A stretch of DNA of 50,312 nt, from NCBI GenBank assembly GCA_964465735.1, contig CAYXKT010000003.1, positions 1 to 50,312 on the forward strand. The letters run 5' to 3'. A model generated the notes under the pieces. That model did no database searches. It was not told the origin of the DNA and saw only the letters and a list, made by a program, of their open reading frames with translations. Source of the DNA: an uncultured bacterium. Its GTDB lineage: Bacteria; Auribacterota; Erginobacteria; Erginobacterales; Erginobacteraceae. A program made the position numbers and the translations under genes. Each line of letters begins with the position of its first letter. Within the stretch, counting starts at the first letter, position 1. This document shows, piece after piece, positions 1-9,365 of the stretch.

Positions 1-2181
1 GGTGTTGATACGTTCCAGGGCGGCGGCGAGGTTTTGTCGTTGCTCGGGGTCTTTGGCGAGGGCGAGGGCGGATTCCAGGTGGGGACGGGCGGAATCGGGG
101 TCGAAGAGACGGTTGAGGTAGAGGAAGCCGAGGTTGTAGTGGGCGATGTAACTCTCTTCCAGTTCCAGCGATCGTTGGTAAGCCGATACCGCCTCGGGGT
201 ACTTCCCCTGGAACTGGCGGACGGTGCCCAGATTGGTGTGGTGGCGGAAGTCGTCATCCTGCAATTTCAGCCCGGCGGCGATGAACCGCTCCGCCGCCTC
301 GTACTCCCGCCGGTCGGCCAGGAGTCCCCCCAGCGCGAAGTAAGCGGGGGCAAATCCGGGGTCCTTCTTCAGGGTCCGGTAGTAGAGTTGCATCGCCTCC
401 GGGAAACGCCCGGCTTGCTCCAGTTGCTGCCCCCGGGCGAAGAGCCCATCAGGAGAGGAGGGATCCCCCGCGATTTTTCTTCCCAAAAGAGCTTCCGCCT
501 TTTCTTCCTGGCCGTCCCGGCGGTAGAGAGCGGCGAGTTTTGCCTCCCCTGCCGGATCGGATGGGAAGAGGGTCAGGGCGGTCTCCAGCAGTTCGGCGGC
601 TTGACCGTATTCTCCCCGGGCCTCCTTGAGTGCGGAGAGTTCCCGGTAAACGGCCTGGAGGCGGATCTTCCTTTCCGCCCCGGCCTCTCCGGCCCGGGCA
701 ATGGCTTCATCGTAATAGCGCTGGGCCAACCGGGGGTAATCCCGGGCGTCATAGGTAAAACCGGCTTTGAGGAGAAGGGAAGGGGAGTCGGGGGAACGCT
801 CCAGCAGTCCCTGGTAGATTTCAAAGGCCTCCTGGTGGTTGCCGAGTATCCCCATCACGTCGGCGATCTTCTCCCGGATGATCGGCTGTCCGGGGAGCAT
901 CTTCTCCGCCGCCTCCAGATCGGCCAGTCCCCCGGGCACCTCCCCGGCCCGGACCCGGGCTGTGCCCAGGTTAAAAAGGATCAGGGGATCGGGGGCGGAG
1001 CGGGAGGCCGTCGTCCTCCAGAGAGTGTAATTGTCCCGCCAGGCCGGTTGCCGGTTGAGCGTCAGGACGATAAAACCAACCATCGCCGCCCCGAGAAGGA
1101 CCATCCGGACTTTCTTGCCCTTCCGTCCCGGCCTGAAAAATAACTCCCCCATCATCCAGGCGAAGCCGGGGAGGGCGAAGTAGAGGTACTTCTCGGCGAT
1201 AATCCGGTTCAGGGGGTAGATATTGGAGACGGGGAGTAAAGCGATTGCCAGCCAGAGGACGCCCGGCCGGAACCGTCGGCTCCGTTTCCAGAAGAGAGAG
1301 AGCAGGATAGCCAGCCCGGCCAGCACCGCCAGTTGAAACGCCAGTGCCGGAGGGGAGGGGAGGGGTGCTGAGGCCAGCGGGTGGTGGGGGGAAAGGCTGA
1401 CCGGGAAAAGGAGGAGGCGGAGATAGGTGAGGAGGATCGAGGGTGCCTTGAGCAGAATCTGGGGGTAGGTGAGAAGCAGAGAGAAGCGGCCGGCACCGGC
1501 CGGAGCCGGGAGGAGAAAAAACCGGAAACAGAAAAAGGCTCCGGCCAGTAAAAATGCGGCAATGGTTATCCCCCGCCACCGATGTCCGGCCGGGGGGGCT
1601 TCTTCCCCCGCGGCCACTACCAACCAGAGCAGGGGAAGGACGAGAAAACTCTCCTTGGAGAGCACCGCCGCCGCCAGGCAGGCCAGGGCGAGTATAGCGT
1701 TCCCGGACCGGCCGAGGCGGACAAAGCGGATCCCCGCCAGGAAGAAGAGGAGGGAGAAGAGGGTCCCCAGAAGTTCCGCCCGGGAACTGAGATAGATCAC
1801 CGGCTCGGTGGCGATGGGGTGAAGAAGAAAGATCAACCCGGCGGCCGCCCGGGCCGGGAAGGCGATCCGGCGCGCTTTCAGAAAAAGGAAGAGAGAGACC
1901 GCGCAGAGTCCGTGGAGGAGGATTGAGGTCAGATGATAGCCGAGAGGGTTAAGGCCCCAGAATCGGTAATCGAGGTGGTAGGAGAGCGAGCGGAGCGGCC
2001 GGTAGTAGGAGAAGGAAGGCCGGAGAAAGTAACCAGGGATCTGTCCAGGTGATCTCAGCGCGGGGTCGCCGACGATGACAAACTCGTCGTCAAAGACAAA
2101 CCCGCTCCCCAGGGAGAGAGCGTAGAGCAAAACCGCTCCGACCAGGAGGAAGAGGGAGAAGAAGAGATCCGCTTTTCTCAT
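1..2181 (-). CDS. Polytopic GT-C-type glycosyltransferase (PMT/TMTC-like) with C-terminal TPR domain; C-terminus cut by window edge
   Basis: Absent from the ORF track because no stop lies inside the window. ATG at 2181-2179 is open in frame to base 1 (727 codons). Translation starts MRKADLFFSLFLLVGAVLLYALSLGSGFVFDDEFVIVGDPALRS: a TM helix plus the FVFDD motif typical of PMT_2/TMTC-like enzymes. About 10 hydrophobic segments follow, then a TPR-like tail (PAYFALGGLLADRREYEAAERFIAAGLKLQ ... HYNLGFLYLN). The + strand ORFs 34..1143, 1469..1795 and 1582..1926 are antisense shadows. Confidence 0.7.
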   Translation of the reverse strand, partial: MRKADLFFSLFLLVGAVLLYALSLGSGFVFDDEFVIVGDPALRSPGQIPGYFLRPSFSYYRPLRSLSYHLDYRFWGLNPLGYHLTSILLHGLCAVSLFLFLKARRIAFPARAAAGLIFLLHPIATEPVIYLSSRAELLGTLFSLLFFLAGIRFVRLGRSGNAILALACLAAAVLSKESFLVLPLLWLVVAAGEEAPPAGHRWRGITIAAFLLAGAFFCFRFFLLPAPAGAGRFSLLLTYPQILLKAPSILLTYLRLLLFPVSLSPHHPLASAPLPSPPALAFQLAVLAGLAILLSLFWKRSRRFRPGVLWLAIALLPVSNIYPLNRIIAEKYLYFALPGFAWMMGELFFRPGRKGKKVRMVLLGAAMVGFIVLTLNRQPAWRDNYTLWRTTASRSAPDPLILFNLGTARVRAGEVPGGLADLEAAEKMLPGQPIIREKIADVMGILGNHQEAFEIYQGLLERSPDSPSLLLKAGFTYDARDYPRLAQRYYDEAIARAGEAGAERKIRLQAVYRELSALKEARGEYGQAAELLETALTLFPSDPAGEAKLAALYRRDGQEEKAEALLGRKIAGDPSSPDGLFARGQQLEQAGRFPEAMQLYYRTLKKDPGFAPAYFALGGLLADRREYEAAERFIAAGLKLQDDDFRHHTNLGTVRQFQGKYPEAVSAYQRSLELEESYIAHYNLGFLYLNRLFDPDSARPHLESALALAKDPEQRQNLAAALERINT

Positions 2182-2251
2182 ACCCCGATCATACATTGCG
2201 CCGGCCGGAGAGAGAATGAGAAAACTGATCAAGGTCGGGAGCCCGCCGGAT

Positions 2252-4711
2252 TCAGCGCGAAATCGGGAGGTCGCCCGTCATCCCGAAATACACCCGGCTC
2301 GAATCCGGAAGCGCCCAGAGTCCGGCGGATTCCCGGAAGACGGCGATCCCGTCACTCTTCGCATCCCCATCATAGTCTCCGGGGACCGGGTAGTCGCCTC
2401 CGGCACCGAAGTAAGCTCGGGTCAACCCCTGGACTGCCCAGAGTCCGGCGGATTCCCGAAAGACGGCTGGTTTCCAACTGCCTTCACCATCGTAATCACC
2501 GGGAACCGGGATATCGTTGAGGCCCCCGAAGTAAGCTCGGGTCACTTCTCGGACCGCCCAGAGGCCGGCGGTTTCCCGGAAGAGGGCAATCTCCCGCTTC
2601 GCGTAGTTTGAGTAATACCCGGGGACCGGGATATCGGAACCGCCGCCAAAATAGGCTCGGGTTAACCCCTGGACCGCCCAGAGTCCGGAGGAGGGTCGGA
2701 AGACGGCCGGGACCCAGGTTCTGTCGCCGTTGTAATCTCCCGGGACCGGTTCATCGCCGACACCGCCGAAGTAGATCCGATCCCCGCCGCGGATTGCCCA
2801 GAGGCTGGAGGTGGCGCGGAAGATAGCGATCTCAGTAGTTCCGTCGCCGTTGTAGTCGCCGGGGGCCGGGATATCGGTAGCAACGCCGAAGTAAGCCCGG
2901 GTCAGTCCCCGGATCGCCCAGAGGCCGGCGGAAGGCCGATAGACAGCGATATCCGAAGTCCTGTCGCCGGTGTAATCGTAAATCCAGGGTAACACCGGAC
3001 TCGTTGGAGAGGGATAAGGGGAGGGGGGCAGGGTGACCGAGGCGGTCGGTGTTTTTCTGGGGGTCGAAGTTTTCGCGGGTTGCGGCGAAGCCGTCGGGCG
3101 CGGAGTGAGCGAAGCGGTTGGGGTCGAGGTCGGAGTTAGAGTTACGGACGGGGTGGAGGTCGGCAGAGGAGTCTTGTAACCTTTCGGCGTCAGAGTAGCG
3201 CTGGGGATCGGTGTGGCGGAAGGCGGTGGCGTAGTCGGGGGAGTCGGAACCGGGGTCGGGGTGTTGCCGACAATAAATTTACCGGTTACGCTATATTCAT
3301 CTCCGGCCGGTTGGGGTGGATTGCCGATGCCCGGGCCGGCGATTACCCGGAAATTTACATTTGCACTCAAATCAATATCGTGATGCCCATCCCAGATAAA
3401 TGTCTGCGGCGAGCCGCCGATACCGGTAGTCAGATTGGTTTTTTTGCCCTGGTCGGGACCGGTGGTGGGGCCGCCTTTCTCGGTAGCATTCAAATATTCT
3501 GAAAATAATCCTTTGAACTGATGCCGGGCCACCGCCAGGGTCTGGTTGTTCCAGGAGTACAGCCGGTAATTAATGTTCACATATCCTCTTTTCTGGTTGG
3601 GGGGGGTATCCAATTCAACGGAGACAGGGCCTTTTCGGATGCCTCCGCCCAGTTGACGCTTCCCCTCCGGGGAACCGGTCATTCCGCTTCGGAGGAAGAA
3701 ATAACTGGAGCCGAGGCGGACCGAGTCGAGACGGCCGTTGGCGGCTTCGTTCCAGTAACCGGTTTCGGCGTGAAGGGAGCCGATTCCATTGATCGGCTCC
3801 TCCCGGAAGCTCCAGTTCCAGCCGTCGGTTGAGTACCAGGAGGCGATTGATTGGTCGTCCTGGTTCGAAGTCCAGAACATCCAGCCCTGACGCACCCCAG
3901 AATAGTAAACCTCTTCGAAGGTATTGAGATAGTCTGGAGTGGTGTGGTTAAAGAACGCGATGGTCTTTTCCACGGACTGCCCGGGGTAACGGGACTGGCA
4001 GTTCCAGTCGGAGGCGAAAAGGGACCAGGCGAGGCCGTTACTGGAGAGGAACAGTTCGTAGTAGTAGGGTTCGTCGTCCAGTCCGCTCTGCAGGTACATC
4101 AGGTAGCGGTTGTCCATCGGGGCGGCGGTCAAGAGTTCGGTTGAACCGCGGGGCCGGTAGAGGACTTTGGGGCGGGAAAGGACCCGGTAGGTGTCGGTCT
4201 TCCAGCTCGACGGACAGTAATCACTCTCGGTGAAGGCCAGCCAGTTGACCCCGTCTGTAGATTCGGCGTACTGGAAGTTTTCTCCGGGAGAGGTGCCGGT
4301 GTTGGCGTACCAGAGTTTGAAACGAACATTCCCGGCTTGCTTGTCCCAGGCGGTCTCGGCGGGAGGAAACCCGTCGGGATCGGCGGCTACCGTATGGTCG
4401 CCCATCGGATCGACAGTGAGCCCGCTTATAGAGATCGGATCCCCGCCCTGGAGATACTCCCAGTTCTCCCCGTCGCTGGAGTAGGCCGAGAGGTAAGACT
4501 CGGTATCCGTGCTCCGGAAGAAAGTGACAAACCGGTTCCCGTCCCAGACGGTGGCGCTCTCATAGGCCTCGCGCCCGGCCAGGGCATTGATCGCCGGTTC
4601 CGACCCCGGTGACCAGTCGGTATAGTTGAAATCTGTCCAGAAAGACTGGGCGGAGAGGGGAAGAAGAAGGAAAGCGGCAAGAATTGAAGTTATGGGGAAG
4701 ATACTCTTCAT
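2252..4711 (-). CDS. Secreted multidomain protein: BNR/Asp-box propeller-like N-domain, long Pro/Thr/Ser linker, six C-terminal FG-GAP/VCBS-like repeats
   Basis: 819-aa ORF with signal peptide MKSIFPITSILAAFLLLPLSAQS. Asp-box-like SxDGxxW motifs are present (SSDGENW, STDGVNW, SSNGLAW, STDGWNW). A ~95-aa linker runs TPTPVPTPPTTPPPSATP...PSPYPSPTSP. Six ~38-aa repeats follow, of the type GDYDGDGxxxxAVFRxSxGLWAVxGLTRAYFGGxxDIPVP. Confidence 0.85.
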   Translation of the reverse strand: MKSIFPITSILAAFLLLPLSAQSFWTDFNYTDWSPGSEPAINALAGREAYESATVWDGNRFVTFFRSTDTESYLSAYSSDGENWEYLQGGDPISISGLTVDPMGDHTVAADPDGFPPAETAWDKQAGNVRFKLWYANTGTSPGENFQYAESTDGVNWLAFTESDYCPSSWKTDTYRVLSRPKVLYRPRGSTELLTAAPMDNRYLMYLQSGLDDEPYYYELFLSSNGLAWSLFASDWNCQSRYPGQSVEKTIAFFNHTTPDYLNTFEEVYYSGVRQGWMFWTSNQDDQSIASWYSTDGWNWSFREEPINGIGSLHAETGYWNEAANGRLDSVRLGSSYFFLRSGMTGSPEGKRQLGGGIRKGPVSVELDTPPNQKRGYVNINYRLYSWNNQTLAVARHQFKGLFSEYLNATEKGGPTTGPDQGKKTNLTTGIGGSPQTFIWDGHHDIDLSANVNFRVIAGPGIGNPPQPAGDEYSVTGKFIVGNTPTPVPTPPTTPPPSATPIPSATLTPKGYKTPLPTSTPSVTLTPTSTPTASLTPRPTASPQPAKTSTPRKTPTASVTLPPSPYPSPTSPVLPWIYDYTGDRTSDIAVYRPSAGLWAIRGLTRAYFGVATDIPAPGDYNGDGTTEIAIFRATSSLWAIRGGDRIYFGGVGDEPVPGDYNGDRTWVPAVFRPSSGLWAVQGLTRAYFGGGSDIPVPGYYSNYAKREIALFRETAGLWAVREVTRAYFGGLNDIPVPGDYDGEGSWKPAVFRESAGLWAVQGLTRAYFGAGGDYPVPGDYDGDAKSDGIAVFRESAGLWALPDSSRVYFGMTGDLPISR

Positions 4712-4728
4712 AACTTGTACTGTGGAAA

Positions 4729-4795
4729 GTTAGCAGTCAGCAGTCCGCCGTTCGTTTTTCGCGGTTCTGCTCACTGCTCGTTGCTTACTGCTAAC
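4729..4795. repeat. Intergenic imperfect hairpin built from CAGTNAG-type heptamers (possible terminator of the upstream minus-strand gene)
   Basis: The arm gttagcagtcagca (4729..4742) pairs with tgcttactgctaac (4782..4795) with one mismatch. The motif matches the heptamer arrays at 35231..35258 and 35620..35641. Confidence 0.4.
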
Positions 4796-4799
4796 CGAC

Positions 4800-6221
4800 T
4801 TATCGGCTTACCGGCCGATCGCCGGCCCGGCCGAAGTAAACCCGGCTGAACTCGCGGATCGCCCAGAGTCCGGACTCTGGCCGGAAGATCCCGATCTCGG
4901 CCAACCCCTCTTCCCGGTAATCTCCCGCGACCGGGATATCGAGGTTTTGCCCGAAGTACATCCTGGTCTCTCCCCGGAAAGCCCAGAGGCCATTGTCCTG
5001 GCGGAAGATCCCGAAATTGGTCGTCCCGTCGCCAGTATAATCAACCGGTATGACTCGATCTCCCTCCCGTCCGTAGTAGAAGCGGGTCAGGTCTCGGATT
5101 GCCCAGAGGTTGGAAGAGGGCCGGAAGATGCCGGATTCGGAACGACGGTCCCCGGTATAGTCGGCCGGGATCAGTACATCTCCCTCCTGTCCGTAATAGA
5201 AGCGGGTCAGGTCTCGGATTGCCCAGAGTCCGGTAGCCGGCCGGAAGATCGCCAGGGCCGTGGTTCCGTATCCGAAATAGTCGGCGGGGATCGGGATATC
5301 GCCGTCCTGGCCGAAGTAAGCCCGCCCCCGGTCGCGGAAAGCCCAGAGACCGGATTCGGGTCGGAAGATCGCTACAGCCGTGGTCCCATCCCCGAAATAG
5401 TCGCCGGGGATCGGGATATCATCTTCCTGGCCGAAGAAAATCCGGCTCATCCCTTGCATCGCCCAGAGGCTGTTCTCCGGCCGATAGACGGCGATATCAT
5501 CGATCCCGTCGCCGTCGAAGTCGCTTCCGTCCATCACCAGGTAGTAGGCGGTCGGACGAGGCGAAGGGGTGGCGGTCGGAATTGGCGTTCTGGCCGGCGT
5601 CAGGGTGGCGGTCGGGATCGGCGGCTTAACAGTCGGTTCAGGGGTTGGGGTTGTCGGCGGTGGGGTGGGGGTGGCCGAACAGGTCGGGGTGGGTTCACCG
5701 TTGACTCGCTTGTCGGTTTGGAGCAAGCCGTAACGGTTGACCGGGAAGCTGCGCTGGCTCTGGGGCCGGATGATCTCGTTGGTGTCGCCGTAATAGGTGG
5801 ATTCGGCCAAAGTCGGACGGTTGAAGATCCGGACGTAGATGAAGGTATCGAGCGGGCGGTCCATATTGAAACAGAAGACCCCGGAACGGGACCAATCCCA
5901 GGGCGTGCCCCAGCCGATCGCCGTCTCGGTGATGAGGAAATCGTCCCCGGTCGGAGTGCCGTCAAGAGGATTGGGAGGTGAAATTTCTTGGTCGGGGCCG
6001 GCGTCGATGATCTGGACCAGGGCCCCGGCTTCTCCACCCCCCGGCTGGGCGGGGTTGGCCCCGGGGAGGAGATGGTGATGTTCGTCCGTGAGCGGAACGC
6101 TGGAATCGTTCCAGACCAGGAACGGTTCGTAGAGTCCCTGGGCAAAGAGGATCCCGGAGGCGATCGGGAGAAAAGCTAACCCGAGGACAGTGAGGGCAAT
6201 AATTATGGTTTGCCTCTTCAT
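4800..6221 (-). CDS. Secreted protein: ~170-aa N-domain (paralogous to the PEP-CTERM protein upstream), Pro/Thr linker, six FG-GAP/VCBS-like repeats
   Basis: 473-aa ORF with signal/TM segment MKRQTIIIALTVLGLAFLPIASGILFAQG. The linker is EPTPTCSATPTPPPTTPTPEPTVKPPIPTATLTPARTPIPTATPSPRPT. Six repeats follow, of the type GDYxGDGTTxxAIFRPxSGLWAIRDLTRFYYGQEGDxxIP. Its ATG overlaps the stop of 6218..6829 (ATGA). Confidence 0.85.
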   Translation of the reverse strand: MKRQTIIIALTVLGLAFLPIASGILFAQGLYEPFLVWNDSSVPLTDEHHHLLPGANPAQPGGGEAGALVQIIDAGPDQEISPPNPLDGTPTGDDFLITETAIGWGTPWDWSRSGVFCFNMDRPLDTFIYVRIFNRPTLAESTYYGDTNEIIRPQSQRSFPVNRYGLLQTDKRVNGEPTPTCSATPTPPPTTPTPEPTVKPPIPTATLTPARTPIPTATPSPRPTAYYLVMDGSDFDGDGIDDIAVYRPENSLWAMQGMSRIFFGQEDDIPIPGDYFGDGTTAVAIFRPESGLWAFRDRGRAYFGQDGDIPIPADYFGYGTTALAIFRPATGLWAIRDLTRFYYGQEGDVLIPADYTGDRRSESGIFRPSSNLWAIRDLTRFYYGREGDRVIPVDYTGDGTTNFGIFRQDNGLWAFRGETRMYFGQNLDIPVAGDYREEGLAEIGIFRPESGLWAIREFSRVYFGRAGDRPVSR

Positions 6222-6829
6222 ACCGTTTTAGACCCGCTGCCGGTGGTTTCCGTTGCCTCCGCTCTCTCTTTCTTCTTCTTCCGGAAGATAAAGGCGGCCA
6301 GCGCCAGGCCAGGAAAAAGTGTCAGCCAGGTCGCCGGCTCGGGGATGATCATAAAGGGGTACTCGGTCCAGAGGTAGAGGCCTCCGGCGGTAATGTCCCA
6401 GATATCGAGTCGGAAGAAGTCGGAGAGGGTGTGGAGCGGGGTCTGCCCGTAGTAGGTGACCTGGGGCCAAGTGGGGGCGTTGAAGAATCGAACATAGACG
6501 TACTTCCCCAGCAGCGAGGAATCGTATTGATACATTTCAAGAAAACTACCCGTGTTTATTGTGGCGTTGGTCCCGATGGCGGTGGTCTCCCAGAGGACGT
6601 CCCCACCGGTTGGCCGTCCGTTATAGACGCTGGGCGGGCTGGGCCAGCCCGGGCTGTTAGTGAAGACAAGTTGGATGATGCTGCCGTCTTCCAGCAGGGT
6701 CATATTCTCGTCCATCAACCCGACCCGGTTTAGATAGATCAGGTTTACGACGTAAGCCCGGGCCCCTCCGGGAAGTCCGGTGGCCAGCAACAGGGCCAGA
6801 GTAAAGATGATGAGTGTTGTCCTTTTCAT
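6218..6829 (-). CDS. Small secreted protein with C-terminal PEP-CTERM-type sorting signal
   Basis: 203 aa with signal peptide MKRTTLIIFTLALLLATGLPGGARA. The C-terminus reads IIPEPATWLTLFPGLALAAFIFRKKKK: a PEP motif, a hydrophobic helix and a basic cluster, followed by a 16-aa tail. The N-domain shares blocks with the 473-aa protein: GRPTGGDVLWETTAIG vs GTPTGDDFLITETAIG, and KYVYVRFFNAPTWPQVTYYGQT vs TFIYVRIFNRPTLAESTYYGDT. Confidence 0.8.
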   Translation of the reverse strand: MKRTTLIIFTLALLLATGLPGGARAYVVNLIYLNRVGLMDENMTLLEDGSIIQLVFTNSPGWPSPPSVYNGRPTGGDVLWETTAIGTNATINTGSFLEMYQYDSSLLGKYVYVRFFNAPTWPQVTYYGQTPLHTLSDFFRLDIWDITAGGLYLWTEYPFMIIPEPATWLTLFPGLALAAFIFRKKKKERAEATETTGSGSKTV

Positions 6830-6862
6830 TCTCTAATGTCGGCTGAACTCCGGTTTGCTAGT

Positions 6863-8599
6863 TTACTCTTCATATTTCAGGTAGGTTTTGATCTCTTTGG
6901 CTCCGCTGTTCTGGTAGGGAACAGCGAAGGCGAAGGTACTGGAATTCCAGGCCACTGGTTCGTCGGGGTTCCAGTACTGCATCACTACCGCCGGCGAACC
7001 GGGGGAGAAGGTCAATTCGTTGCCGACCAAATCTCCCCATAATTCGATCGGGACGAAATACTTCCACTGGCCGGCAGCGGTGTGGTCCTGGTAGATTACT
7101 ACTACCGGTTCGTTGCTTTTCCCTCCGATTGTCGATAGGTCGCGGTCATAAAAGACCAGCCAGTCGCTTTCCATAGCAACCAAAAAATGACTGCTCGGGT
7201 TAACCGAGCCGGCCAGATCGGGGAAGTTGACCTGGTTGAAGCGGCGGTCAACCGGGAAGTTGTAGTTGAGAAAAGTTACCTTGCTGTGGTCTTCCCAGCC
7301 GGGATCGTCAGGTGTCACCGTCTGCCCGTTCCAGGTCCGGTGGTGGATCTGATGGAAGTAGCTGTCCATCTTCAGGGCGGCCCCGGCATAAAAGGTGAGG
7401 GCGGGGAAAGGGGATTCGGGGGCGACCGGGGAGACCAGGCGGAAGCCGTCACTGCCGGTGATGGTCCGGGAGGAGGGACCGCTATCTTCTTGCTTCTTCC
7501 AGCCAATTCCGCTTTCCCGTAGGTAGTCAATGGTGAAGGAACCCGTCTGGGCCTGCCAGAGGTTGAACTTGGTTGCCTGGGCCGCAGTGGAACCGGCCGG
7601 GAAGAAGGCGGTCCCCAGGGCGTAGTCGAGCACGCCTCCGCTCCCGGGGACGTCCCCGGCCAACCCCATCATTATCTGGGTCTCCCCGGCGGGGATGTCC
7701 CGCCGTTGGATCATCATCACTTCTTTGGCCAGGGTACTGGCCAGGCGGAAGCTGCCCATCTCGGTATAGTAGCGCCAGGTCCCGGCCGCCTCGGCCGTCG
7801 GCTCCCCTTCCAGGTAGGTTCCGGCGATCGCCAGCCGGTAAAACCGGATATCTCCATCCTCCAGGCTGGTCAGGGTGGTCTCGGTGAAGTAGTTGAAATT
7901 GCCGGTCCGCAACAGATCGGTAGCGTTGGGGTGGAGTTGCCAGGTCCCGGTCAGGTTGAACCAGTTGGCGCTGGGGAATTGTCCGCCGACTTGAGAGGCC
8001 CGCGACCAATCGGCGTAGAGGATGTCAAAGGCCAGCGAGCGAACATAGTCGGGGTACTCGGATTCGAAACCCTGGATCGAGATGGTCGGGTTGCGCCAGA
8101 TCAGGAGCGGCTGGCCGGCGGAATTTCCGACCCGGATGTCGGTAAACTGGAAAAAGGAGGTCTCATCGGTGGGATCGGTCCGAGCCAGGAACTCCTGGAT
8201 ATTCGTGAATCCGTCACCTTCCCAGTCGTGGATGGCGTCCATTGGATTATAGTCCCACATCGTATGGACATTGAAGCCGGAATCAGTCCAACTGGCGAAC
8301 TGCTCCTCGTAAGCGGTGGGCATCCCATCCTTATCCCGGTCCTTGTCCCACCAGACCGGGAGGTTGATGGTGTAAGCCCAGCCCGCTCCGGAATGTCTGC
8401 CGGACCCCGGCCAGGCCCCGATCGGGGAAGGTTGGCCGAGTGTGTCCCAGGTGTCGAAGCTTACACTCTTCTTGTACTTCCCCATTGCGCTGAATTCAGA
8501 ACTGGTGAGGAGAAAACTGGTGCTCTCCATCTTGGGAAAAGCCCCCAGGACGGGAGATGCGGTCAGAAACAGGACGAAAATTGTCCAGGTGGTTTTCAT
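6863..8599 (-). CDS. Secreted hypothetical protein with acidic Ca-binding-like DxDxDG / TDPTD motif
   Basis: 578 aa with signal peptide MKTTWTIFVLFLTASPVLGA. It carries WDKDRDKDGMPTAYEE and WEGDGFTNIQEFLARTDPTDETS motifs of the thrombospondin-type-3/dockerin-like kind. No further family was recognised. Confidence 0.7.
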   Translation of the reverse strand: MKTTWTIFVLFLTASPVLGAFPKMESTSFLLTSSEFSAMGKYKKSVSFDTWDTLGQPSPIGAWPGSGRHSGAGWAYTINLPVWWDKDRDKDGMPTAYEEQFASWTDSGFNVHTMWDYNPMDAIHDWEGDGFTNIQEFLARTDPTDETSFFQFTDIRVGNSAGQPLLIWRNPTISIQGFESEYPDYVRSLAFDILYADWSRASQVGGQFPSANWFNLTGTWQLHPNATDLLRTGNFNYFTETTLTSLEDGDIRFYRLAIAGTYLEGEPTAEAAGTWRYYTEMGSFRLASTLAKEVMMIQRRDIPAGETQIMMGLAGDVPGSGGVLDYALGTAFFPAGSTAAQATKFNLWQAQTGSFTIDYLRESGIGWKKQEDSGPSSRTITGSDGFRLVSPVAPESPFPALTFYAGAALKMDSYFHQIHHRTWNGQTVTPDDPGWEDHSKVTFLNYNFPVDRRFNQVNFPDLAGSVNPSSHFLVAMESDWLVFYDRDLSTIGGKSNEPVVVIYQDHTAAGQWKYFVPIELWGDLVGNELTFSPGSPAVVMQYWNPDEPVAWNSSTFAFAVPYQNSGAKEIKTYLKYEE

Positions 8600-8709
8600 T
8601 GCTTCAAATTTCTTAGTTTGCTCTTGCTTCAGTTCCTGGCCAGCCCACTGAGTACACGTATTAACACTGATTATAATTACGACTACCCCAACTCCGTGGT
8701 CCGAGGTGT

Positions 8710-8943
8710 TTAAGTAGCCGCTTCCAGTACCTTGATTCTATCTTCGTGGTCTTTCAGATTGGTACTTAATTTATTATCTGCTTCTTCGATTTTTCTTTGG
8801 TTGATCTCGATTGCTTCGCGGTTGGTCTCGACTTTCCGGTCAACTTGCGCGATAGTCGCTCGGTTTTTAGTGATCTCCTCCCGGTTCTTGCCTATCTCCT
8901 CCCGATTCCGGTCAATCTTTCCGGAGAGGGTCTGGGCAATCAT
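8710..8943 (-). CDS. Small coiled-coil protein (may be the 3' remnant of a longer stop-interrupted gene, see findings)
   Basis: 77-aa ORF rich in heptad-like repeats: DRNREEIGKNREEITKNRATIAQVDRKVETNREAIEINQRKIEEADNKL. The same frame continues upstream through an in-frame TGA (8979-8977) and TAA (9084-9082) to an ATG at 9096. Confidence 0.5.
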   Translation of the reverse strand: MIAQTLSGKIDRNREEIGKNREEITKNRATIAQVDRKVETNREAIEINQRKIEEADNKLSTNLKDHEDRIKVLEAAT

Positions 8944-9365
8944 ATCCAGCTTGAGATTTGTCTCCCGGTTCAGTTCTCAGGCTTCTTCCCGGGTTTGTTT
9001 GATCTCACTGCGCAATCCCTGATGTCCCTCCAGAACCAGGTCGATCTTGCCATTCAGATGTTCCAAGAGAATTTCGAATCTTTACCTTTCTTTCATATTA
9101 TTTGTTCCGGCGGAAAAATGTCAATTGGTGTAATACTGTAGCTCTTTAAAAAGGGATAGGACGTTACCAATTTATTGCTTTTCCGCGTTAAAAATCCCAG
9201 CCGGATTATAATTGGGAATGGATATTAGCTCATATTTTAAATATAAATATTTCCTTGAGGATAAAACTGGCGCTTGCCATTGTTGGGAAAGCACCCTGGA
9301 TGGAGAAAGTGGTCAGGAGCAGGTGTCCGATAATTGTTTGGTAGCTTTTCATCACTATAGATTAA

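Noticed and set aside
34-1143. 369-aa + strand ORF, the longest track ORF at the left edge
   Set aside because: Its translation is low-complexity (G/V/E/L/P runs) with no motifs. The opposite strand reads as a continuous, motif-rich GT-C plus TPR protein from 2181 to base 1, so this is an antisense shadow in GC-rich DNA.
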